From: Lingula anatina
Taxonomy: Eukaryota > Animalia > Brachiopoda
Direction of reading: 5' to 3'
Assembly: GCA_051362555.1 (NCBI GenBank)
Contig: CM120642.1
Span: 6,014,001-6,078,000, forward strand
Length of the DNA stretch: 64,000 nt
In this document: positions 25,788 through 35,859 of the stretch, piece by piece
Numbering within the stretch: the first letter of the stretch is position 1
Layout: every line of letters starts with the position of its first letter
Notes under the pieces: generated by a model
Told to the model about the DNA's origin: nothing
The model's database searches: none
The model's input: only the letters and a program-made list of their open reading frames with translations
Position numbers and translations under genes: made by a program

Positions 25788-26292
25788 CTTGTGGTATTGA
25801 AAAAGCAATAACAAACAGTTTGTAAATCTGGCAATAAACAGCATGACATATTTTTACCACAAATATACCAATGAGTGAGCATACCTCTCCACTGACATGC
25901 ATTGGTGGGTCAAACCTACAACCTGGAAACAAAACCTGCTGACCTGTATACCAACATATCACATAAAGGGTGTGGCAACTGAAAGCCCGGGCCAGTAATA
26001 AGTGCACGAGTTCTGCATGCAGAAACACACAGAAAACCACTTGTTCATGCATAAAACCAACTATGGCCAATAAAAGAATGTTTAAACTGACAAAGGATGA
26101 TGAAAACTGTTCTCTCCACGCCGTCTGCTCACTGCCAGCACAAGTAATGAAACAAAGCTTACTGTCCAGCGAGCGAAAAGAGTCGGTGAAAGGGGTCAGC
26201 CAGACACTGGCCCCCGGTAATGTGACTCTGATTTTAGTGTCAGATTGACTCCATGAGAGCCAGGGGGTGATTGACTCTGATAAGAGAGTCTA

Positions 26293-27020
26293 TCGAAATT
26301 TAACCATCTTTTTATTTCACTGCCTAACCCATCTAACCAAATAATTAAGGAGCTAAAAAAGCTTATCTTTGGATTTCTTTGGAAAGGTAAACCGGATAAA
26401 GTAAAAAGGGAAATAGTATGTAAAAAAAAAAAGATGGAGGACTAAATATGATAAACGTAGAAGCTTCAATAATGGCATTAAAATAACTTGGGTGAGACGG
26501 TTGATAAATACGGAGGGCATCTGGCAAAATATCCTTTTGCATAGATATAAATTAGACTTGATGCTAAACTGTGGTTGTGAATATTAGAAGCATGGTTAAT
26601 TTCTTGTAATATATGTATTTAAATTTCAGTAATATACAGTTTATTCTAATTGACATTAATGAACGTAATGTATCCAATATAATTATGACCATACACATTA
26701 AGTTTTTCATATACAAAACAAAATGTCAGAAAGACTCACTGCCACTCACAAAACTTCAACTTTATTTAGAAAATATATACAAAATCTATAAGCAAAAATA
26801 CACTGTATCTCAAGATGTAGAAAAATTCAATGTTATATGGCAGAAATGGATAGGTATATATGGATTTGTGTAGTTGCATGTATACAAATTATTGACTGTA
26901 ATTTTTTATATGTTTAAACCTTGTGGACTTTTGCTATCGTAATAAGTATTGTGTGCTTGTGAAATTTATTATGTACTTATTACTTGCTTTTTCTTTCTAT
27001 TGCAAAAAAAATTTGAAAAA
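26293..27020 (+). mobile_element. 5'-truncated L1/Tx1-like LINE fragment
   Basis: Remnant KFNHLFISLPNP...IFGFLWKGKPDKVKR...DGGLNMIN...ITWVRRL; A-rich tail; 11-bp TSD AAGAGAGTCTA at 26282-26292 and 27021-27031. Confidence 0.85.
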
Positions 27021-28021
27021 AAGAGAGTCTAAAGCTCTGGTAGTGGGGTAATTTGACCCTTATATTTGACCCTTCAAAGTAACTCCATGAGGGTCAAGGG
27101 GTGCTGGACTCTGACCATAGAGAGTCAAATGACTCCAATTTTATTCTCAGTGTGTGAGTCGCCCTGGTAGAAGGTAGAATAACCTATCACGGGTAAAATT
27201 ATTACAAATTGGGTTTTTCCAAAAAAAGATGATTCTTTTAAAAACGCAGGGAATATTTGATGCATTAGACAAGTCACAAACTTCCCTGTCGTTCTAGAAC
27301 TTCCAAGTTTTGATCCATAAATATTTCGTATATTGATCTCCTACAGCTGACGATGAATGGGCTCTGTGACGAATCATACTCATTGGCTGGAATGATGGGA
27401 TAATCAATTACGGGTAAAATAATTACAAAAATATGATTCTTTAAAAAAAACCTGTTCTAGCGTAAAAAATAGTTTCGGTAGAAAGTCACGGAATAAAAGG
27501 GAGGGAGAATGCTACTCAGTACATGTACATGTAGTTTCGGTCATGATCTTCACCAAAAGTATTTATGGCTGTCACCTTAATCGATTATTTTACCTGAAAA
27601 CTAAAAAAATTACCCTTATAAAGCCGCACTATTCAACAGTGATAGAAGGAGCCCGATTGAATCAGTTTTCAGTAGCATCGGAAAGGTAATAACTATATTA
27701 CGTCCAAAAAAAAAAAAAGAAACCGACGTCGTCTGGAATTTTCAAGTTTCGATCTGCGATAAAATCCCAAAAAACAAGTCAAAGGCATCTTTCTGCTACT
27801 ACTGCTATTGGCCGATGCTGAGTGGGAGCCGGGATGTTGGGATTTCCTGAATATATGATTCTGGAAAAATCCCTCATCTAAATAAAAAATGGATAAAATC
27901 GAATGAAATGAACGAAATAAATAAGATCGAGATATATAAGAGAGCCATAGAGACTGCAGTGTCAGCAACGATCCAAGCCAGAACAAAACTGTCAGTATTA
28001 GCTAGTAGACCTACCGGTAAA

Positions 28022-29344
28022 ATGACACAGCGGTTTCGACTGATGTCCCCATGCCCTGTCAAAGATTGCCCTAATGGGTAAGTTAGAATGCAAACGATTG
28101 CACAGTCGATATGACGATATAGGGTGTAACTTTAGAAAAGAACAGAGAGAATTTTAATATGCCGGCCATGATCTTTAAGCCTTGATTACATTTGCTATGC
28201 GTTGTCAGCACATGCTCGTGTACTACCCGCAAATCTCTTTTCGTGCGGGATAGACGTTGGTCGTGACTAATGATACAAACCGTACGGATTCACATCCTTC
28301 GTAGCTTCTGCGATTTTGTCAAGCTTAAAACTTTGACAAATTTTTGAAATCGTAAGCCCGTATAGGCCGTAGTATTATCGTAAATGGCATTTCACAGTTC
28401 CCTTACGGGCATTGTTTAGTGGACTTCCGGTGATCTTGATAACTGTTTTGGAGCTCTTTCCCTTCCTTAAGCGACGGTCACTCACAACCGGACGCACAGA
28501 TTTGAGAATGGTACGTCCCCTGCTAATTTTGCGTGCAGTAGAATCCGTGGAGGTCGTAGAGGTAGAGGAAAGTCTGCCTTGCGAGTTGTGACTGATGCTT
28601 CACTTGGTGGTTTACGGTAAGGTACATGTATACATGTTTTCCTTACTCTGTCAACATTGGGGGAAAATCGTTGCACCAACAACGTATCGATCTGCACGGT
28701 AGGAAACTGCACTGGGACTGAACGGCTCCGTGCGATCAATTGTCAACTGAAAAACATATTTTTCTTACGTGACCCGAAGGTCATGTCGGAAAATGACATG
28801 GCACCGGCACGCAATGTACACAGTGTACTTGTCGTAGGCAGTAGCTACTTACAATGTCAAAAAATGTAACGGAATATCGTAGCAAATGTATTCAAGTCCC
28901 CCCCCCCCCCAAAAAAAAAAAAAAGTATTGCAGGCAAAACTAGACAAAAACTAGACAAAAACTATTTTGCCTTTAACATCATAACAAATTATTTAATCAT
29001 TTTCTTGCATGGGTAAAGGTGAATCCTTTTTCTAACATCTTATTATCATTTTTTACAGTCAGAGTAAATTGATTAAATGGGTGTGTTTAGAAGACAGAGA
29101 CGCCATGTACATCAACGAGAACGGCATACTGTCGTGTACGCACTATAAACACGTCGACAAAATTGTCAACTGGAAATTCGACTGCGGGAACCGAGACGGA
29201 CCACACAAATTCGAACATCTCCAAAGTCCCGACTATGAGGGATTTTCTCATGCAATGGCAACGGCATTACCACACATGAAAGAAGCCGGGGCAGACTGGA
29301 TTGTCACTTTAGTTAACGCGATAAGAACTCAGTTTGGGAAGTGA
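28022..29344 (+). CDS. Gene A copy 3: 113-aa Cys/His-rich protein, 2 exons (most divergent paralog)
   Basis: Exon 1 28022-28077 (MTQRFRLMSPCPVKDCPN, GG|GTAAGT); exon 2 29059-29344 (GQSKLIKWVCLEDRDAMYINENG...RTQFGK*). Confidence 0.85.
28178..28898. mobile_element. MITE in the A3 intron
   Basis: Inverted ends GCCTTGATTACATTTGCTA / TAGCAAATGTATTCAAGT; GC-richer interior absent from the A2 intron. Confidence 0.6.
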
Positions 29345-32174
29345 CAAAGCCCTTGAATAATTGACAAATAATATAACTGAAACTGATTATACATGTAACT
29401 GTGAGGTGAACGTCTGTGTTGTAATTGCATTATGAAAATATAAAAAGCTGGCGGGTTTTAACATGGTGAGAGAGTCGAAACGACACGTGTAAGTGCTGAA
29501 AAGGAGGCCGATCTCAGAGCTAGATCTCATTTATTATTAAAATCTTTTTATTTGTGTAATTACATGTAAGGACTGCTGGACGTTAAAACTACCCGATGTA
29601 CAACTTGCAAAACTATTTTAAACGTATTATGTGCAGATTTATAAATTTAATTTTTGCATAGCTTTGGGTGAAATATACATTACATTACTTACATGCTCCT
29701 GTGATGTGAAAGAAATTTCGAGCTTTTTTTCTTTACTTTTTGCTGTATTTGTTATCTTTTGAAACACTAAAATACATGTATAAATCGAGTCATTTTGGTT
29801 TTGTAAAGGATTAAACAATAAAATATTTTCCCTCAATGAACGGACAACAGGACAAATATCTGGCTTATAAAACATCAGAGTTCCATTGATATGAATTGTA
29901 CAGTTTCCATTACTGTATACAATAGCCCCAAAGACACTATACTACATGTATATATAGAAGAGATACAAAATCATTGTTGCTTTAAGATATTGGTCTACAT
30001 TAGCCTATCATATCATTCTATCACTTTTGTATACTATTTCTTTTTTTTTTATATACTGTGTTGAACTTTTTGGACTCTATTGAGGATTTGTGACTGCCTA
30101 TTTCTGAGCATTACATGTATATGTTAGTATCATAAGGCCCGTCGTATTTAGAAGGGTGAAAAACACTTGAACCAATTTATGAGTAAATTGTAAGGATACA
30201 ACAGTAGGGTTGAAATTGTAAATACAAATTATAATTATTCTTATATTGAATATACAAAGGATTCTTTCGTGATCAATAAAGTTTATTTGTTATATTATTC
30301 CACATTATTATTTCTTTCAGTCGTCGGTTTAAGATACAGTCCTTGAAGTAGAGGAACTCTCATAAATTTTCTAATTTATGCAACCATGTCGGAGAAGACA
30401 TGTTTTAGTGTTGTTATACATGTTTGCATGAAATGGTACCTGTGCCGTAGTCACATTTCTGCAAAAAAAATTATAACTGATGCAAAAAATACTTTCGGGT
30501 AAATGGAATAATAATGATTGTTAACCAACATTTTATAAATACTGACTTCACCTGTGAAGTCATCGAGCACGACGAGAGCTATAGGGGTTCACACTTTGGC
30601 AGTTTTGGATTTGAGTAGTCTTTGCCATTTCTAATGGCCACTGTGGAGTTGCCCCGGGTACTGTAAGACAACATGAACAGTCTGGAGAAGCAAGACCCTA
30701 GAGGAGGGGATGGCATTAAAAAACACAACAAAATGTAACATTTGGCAAAGCAATAGCGGTGACGCGATTTTCGAAAAAAAATAATAAAATAAATTATTTT
30801 GCTGATAATCCCACCGAGAAGACAGCACTATGAGATGAAAGGGCAGTATGACGTGCATGGCACCATGGCGGGATAGCTTTACTGACTCATTTTAAGTTTG
30901 ATCTTTTGCGATTCACTTCATATCAGCGTAGCTGGTAAAAGATAGAGATCAATGACCATCCACGCCTAAGCATCATTTTAAGAACCTTTAAATGAAGAGT
31001 AAGGAAGTGTTATCGACGAGGAAGACATTATGATAACGACCAGCAAAAGTTGTTGCCACTTATGCGAAACTATACCGGCTTTTTATGCAAAAAGTCATTT
31101 GCCGGGACCGACGAGAGCCTGCAGTCGTTTTCGCACCTTCCCGATCACGTGACCAGCTCGTATCCGAGGAGAGGGTGACATGCCTCGTCCGGGATTTGAG
31201 CTCGTGACTCGTTACCATGGTGGATGATTGGTACCGATTGCGCCGTGAGTGACCCACCAACCCTCCGTGGGTACGATTTTCCTCTTATAGTAACCAAAGA
31301 AAAATTTTAGAAATGATTTCCCGCAACAAAAAATCGTGCTGGACGTTCTAGAATTCGAACCCACGACGGTGTCTCTAGCTTCGTCCCAGTCAGCGGAGTT
31401 ACCACGGAACCGCGGAAGCTTCGTTGAAAAGCTTTACATCAAATGCAAACTTTCTGCCTTGTCATGAAGAGGGCCAGTTTGGATGCACATGTAAATGTCC
31501 GAAAATACAATCGATAGCCCTTGGGCCGTAAAAAATGAATTTCATCCCGCACAACGCCTTTCCCCGAACATCGTATTATCATTAAACGTTGAAGTAGATG
31601 ATGTACACGAGACCTTGGTTGTGAAGCCGACACGGAACGTTCCTAGATAGATTCCTTTTTTTTACTATGACTTTGTTTTGAGCTGAGATTTAGTTTGGTA
31701 TCACCTTTGACGTTAAAAAGCACAGGAGGGCGATTTAAGTTTTAGCAAGCCCCTGAAAAGAGGGAATCATTAAAAAACGTTCAAATGTGTTAAAGCTGGT
31801 GCGTTTTCCTATCAAGCAATTGCAACCATGTGGATTTTGACAAAGACAACATATTTGGCGACAATTCCGCCGAGAGGATACTTTCTTTTTCTGCTGAACG
31901 CGGTTTACAGGCGGTATGACGTGGTGCCAAAGCGGAAAAGCTACCGAAACAATATCAAGTTTGGTCGGTTTTATTGATAAGACTGCCCTTTCCGTAACTA
32001 GCCAGATGATTTCTGATGCTTTTACTTTCATTTTGGTTGACAGTGAGATTACGTCTGACTTCACCTGTGAAGTTATCGAGCACGACGAGAGCTATAGCGG
32101 TTCACAATTTGGCAGTTTTGGATTTGAGTATTTTTGTCCTTGTGAAATCTCTCTTTTATCTTTTATATAGGATA

Positions 32175-32233
<59 letters not shown>

Positions 32234-33066
32234 GTGTATGTGTGTGAGAGAGAGAGAGAAAGCAGAAAGGATCCATTTTAAACACCTGTAAAACCATATC
32301 TCGTTCATCCCATATGGCATACTCAGGTGTACACTGGCACAGCAACCCAGATACACCGCTATATTTAGACTACCATCTCATGCGAGATTTCTGAGCCTGC
32401 CGTTCTTAACGGCGAATATTTTCTTGGCAAAGGCAATATGTACAGCAGAAACAGACTGGCTCGGATTGTATATTGCTCTCTTAGTTGTAAGTTCGACGTT
32501 TGCCATAATGCAGGTAGGTGGCTTAACTCAAATTCTTTGATTACGGTAGACAAGCTTTGTGAGGAGCTGTTTGCTGTTTGGGTTATACCGAGGTATTGAC
32601 TTTGCAGAGAATTCCACGTTAAATCGTTTGCAGTGGTGAGTGCTTAGTCAGCTAACTTACAGAACATCCTAATACTAGTGTAACTGCAAAATTCACGAGT
32701 ACCAGTTCTTTGTGGCCTGCGGACTACTTTATATTTGTACTCAAACAGTGGAATACAAATAAAGCAGGCACTAGACTACAAAATACTTCCCACTCAAGAT
32801 CAGCTGTTGTAGTAGTGCTAGAAATAAGCCAATTTCCAATTTTCTCTGTGATAGCAGATTGAATTTGCATAATATATTCTAATCAAAAGGTCTTCGATCT
32901 TCATCTATTTGTTTGGGTTTTCTTGAACGTGTTGTGATTGTGCGGGTACTTTCGCGTGAGTGTGAATGGGTGCGCGTGTCGTTGAGTAGTCAACGTAGAT
33001 GGTATGCAAATCATATTGGTGCTATGCAATACTCATATTTTCAGACAAAGACTACTGCATGACCTA

Positions 33067-35859
33067 ATGAATCCTAGCGAACAATTTAACAAGGGCGTCG
33101 AAGGGGATGATGCCCTTGCAAACACTGAAGAGTGTACTCAAAGCGAACAGCGTGCAAGCCAAATAAATCGGCCGAATAATGCTGATATGCCTGATCACTC
33201 ACTTGCAGCCTCCGTAACACATGATGTGGCCTCCGGTGAGGCAAATGGGGCCTGCTTCTTGACAGAGGTAACAGGACATTTTGGTCAGGTACAGGGTGAT
33301 ATAGACCCATTTCAATTCGAAACTGGATCAGAAGCGGGTCAATTTCCAAATTGTCATGAATGCAATGGTTCCCCTGGCGTTTCTTCTTCATTTTCAATAC
33401 TATCATCCAACATGGAAAATAAAACGTCGCCAACACCTGTAGGCATTGATGAAGAAATGAGCGACACGCTGCAGCAATTTTCACTCCAGGGTGATGCAAA
33501 GAATGCAGTAGAGCCGAAAGCCACTGTCTCAACTACCGCAGCTACTGAAACATACCAGAGTTTAGGCCCGGCGTCACAATCGGCTGTCTCTGACGATATA
33601 AAGAACGAAACTCCACGACAATTGACAACTGCAATAAATTCAGTGAGTAAAACAACTACATTGTCCGTGCCTACGGCTTCAGGAGTAACTGAAAATTTGA
33701 CAGATGTTTTGAGCTCAATGAAAACAAGTATTGAAATGTCAACGAGTACCACTGCTCCAACACCCAACGAAAACGGACAACATTCTCCGTTTTGGTTTGA
33801 TGAATTATCTGACAGAATAGAAGAATTCAAAAGGGTGTGTCGTTCGTTTTTCTCTGACGACGAAGAAGATCACCCACAAGAGTTACGTCAGGGAACGGAA
33901 ACACATGACCACGAGGATGACAATACCGTGGCATTAGACGATGTGTCGAACAGACTTGACTCACTGTCTGAAACAGTGCAGGAATTAAAAAATGCTTGCC
34001 GTTCGTGTTCATCAGACTTAGACAGTGATGCTGCTTTGGTTTTGGGTGAGGGGCATCGCGAAACAATCACTTCTGGATTAGGCAACGAATCAGCCACCAC
34101 GACCGCCAGTTCTTCAGTGATGGAAAGCAGTGAGCAAGTACCAGAGAGTGTGCCGCAGGAGATAAGGAATGCCCCAAACGACGCATGCACAGACGATGGA
34201 ACTGACAGTCCCATTGGAGCACAAGAGCACCAGATGTTATCAGGTGAAGATGAGCCAGGTGGAAATGCTTCAAACCAGAACAATCAAAATGATGCCTTTA
34301 AAACACCTGAGTGTGAAGAACCTGAAAAATCTTCTCTTACAGACGCCACACTTGCAAAAGTCGTAGACGATCCCAAAGAAAAGTTCCTGTCTGCCGAACA
34401 AGTCAAAGCACTTAAAAAGCAACTAGAAATGCCCGACACATTAAAAGAGTACTTATTTACAGACACGGTTTCTATGGACATTCAACGTCTTTTGGCCGAT
34501 GCCATAACCTGCAAGGCTCCGTTACCAGACATCGAACGCATCTTGGCAGCAGGTGCTGAAGTAAACGCACCGGTCTCTAAGGGACTGAAGCCACTGCACT
34601 ATGCTGCGTACATCAATGACGCAACTTACGTTACGTTTCTTTTGGACAGGGGTGCTAACGTCAATACTCAAGATGACGTGGGGTATACGCCATTACATTT
34701 GTGTGCACGACATGGCCATTATGAAACAATGCAGATTCTCATAGACAACGGAGCGATAGTGAATTTTTGTGATGGAGGTTTGGATATCCCGGAAGGTTTA
34801 CAAACTATAGGGTACCTTACACTGGAACCTTTGAACCTTGCCATTGAGAACAACAACGTAGACTGTGTGAGATTGTTATTGGAACATGGTGCCAACCCAG
34901 AAAACCAATATATCCTCGGTGCAGAGATTAACCTTGTGCCCCTTGAGTACACCAAGTGCCTTGAGCTGCTCCTCATGTATGGAGCCAATCCCAACGTGTT
35001 TAGTCGAAGTGGCATCACGCCAATAATGAAAGCCTGCAAGGAACGGCAACCAGACGCTCTGAAACTCTTGATTGAATACGGGGCAGATGTCAACATGCAG
35101 TGTCCACCACGGTTTGAACAGAAAACAGCTCTTCACATTGCAATTTTAGTAGGCTGTATGGAGATGGTACAAATTCTCGTCGAGGCGGGTGCTAGTTTGA
35201 AAAGACCTGAGAATTTCCGTGGAGGGGCTCTGAATACAGCCGTTGTACACGGTCGACCAGAAGTTTGCCGGTATCTAATAAAACATGGCGCAGACGTCAA
35301 CGAGCCAAATGAAGAGGACTGCCCGCCACTGTTGGTTGCATGTGCCGCATCGCGCTTGCGCAACAGACAAGAAATAATTCAGCTTCTTTTGGAAAATGGT
35401 GCAAATCCCCTGTTTTACAATGAACGAATTTCCTATGCTATCCCAGGTTTGACGCCGCTCGTGGAGTACCTAGCAAATGCAGAGATTCCGGAGTATGAAA
35501 TTGTGCATCTTCTTGTAAAACACGGCGCCAGGGTGCATTTCAAGATTCCGACAAAAATGCTTCGTCTCTTAGACCCTTATGGTGTACTAAAACATTTGGT
35601 TTCTATTCAGACAAAGCCAAACATTTTGAACCTATTGGTTGAAGCGGCAGAGTGTTATGACACCGAAAAAATACTTCGAGATAGGTCGTATCCCGAGATG
35701 CAGCGCGTCATATTATCGTCTGCGTGTGTCACACCAGCGTCATTAAAACATCAATCGAGAATTATAATTCGGAGACATTTGCTTGAGTTGCCTATATCGA
35801 ACCCCATTAAACAGCTTCCCTTGCCCCCGTTATTGAAAAGCTATTTGTTGTTTGAATGA
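33067..35859 (+). CDS. Ankyrin repeat and SOCS box (ASB-like) protein with long acidic N-terminal extension, ~930 aa, single coding exon
   Basis: About 9-10 ankyrin repeats (GLKPLHYAA, GYTPLHLCA, GITPIMKAC, KTALHIAI) and a C-terminal SOCS box PASLKHQSRIIIRRHL...LPLPPLLKSYLLFE. Acceptor TTTTCAG at 33044 and probable 5' exon ending 32513 make ATG 33067 the likely start. Confidence 0.9.
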   Translation: MNPSEQFNKGVEGDDALANTEECTQSEQRASQINRPNNADMPDHSLAASVTHDVASGEANGACFLTEVTGHFGQVQGDIDPFQFETGSEAGQFPNCHECNGSPGVSSSFSILSSNMENKTSPTPVGIDEEMSDTLQQFSLQGDAKNAVEPKATVSTTAATETYQSLGPASQSAVSDDIKNETPRQLTTAINSVSKTTTLSVPTASGVTENLTDVLSSMKTSIEMSTSTTAPTPNENGQHSPFWFDELSDRIEEFKRVCRSFFSDDEEDHPQELRQGTETHDHEDDNTVALDDVSNRLDSLSETVQELKNACRSCSSDLDSDAALVLGEGHRETITSGLGNESATTTASSSVMESSEQVPESVPQEIRNAPNDACTDDGTDSPIGAQEHQMLSGEDEPGGNASNQNNQNDAFKTPECEEPEKSSLTDATLAKVVDDPKEKFLSAEQVKALKKQLEMPDTLKEYLFTDTVSMDIQRLLADAITCKAPLPDIERILAAGAEVNAPVSKGLKPLHYAAYINDATYVTFLLDRGANVNTQDDVGYTPLHLCARHGHYETMQILIDNGAIVNFCDGGLDIPEGLQTIGYLTLEPLNLAIENNNVDCVRLLLEHGANPENQYILGAEINLVPLEYTKCLELLLMYGANPNVFSRSGITPIMKACKERQPDALKLLIEYGADVNMQCPPRFEQKTALHIAILVGCMEMVQILVEAGASLKRPENFRGGALNTAVVHGRPEVCRYLIKHGADVNEPNEEDCPPLLVACAASRLRNRQEIIQLLLENGANPLFYNERISYAIPGLTPLVEYLANAEIPEYEIVHLLVKHGARVHFKIPTKMLRLLDPYGVLKHLVSIQTKPNILNLLVEAAECYDTEKILRDRSYPEMQRVILSSACVTPASLKHQSRIIIRRHLLELPISNPIKQLPLPPLLKSYLLFE

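Larger units (their letters stand above)
25424..27152. mobile_element. CMC/EnSpm-like non-autonomous DNA transposon hosting a SINE and a LINE fragment
   Basis: TIRs CACTGAGAATAAAATCGGAGTC / GACTCCAATTTTATTCTCAGTG, 2-bp TG flanks, many subterminal GACTC/GAGTC repeats. Confidence 0.75.

Noticed and set aside
33004-33066. ATG 33004 as the ASB start
   Set aside because: Lies upstream of a strong splice acceptor at 33044 that is conserved in the pseudogene, so it is probably intronic.
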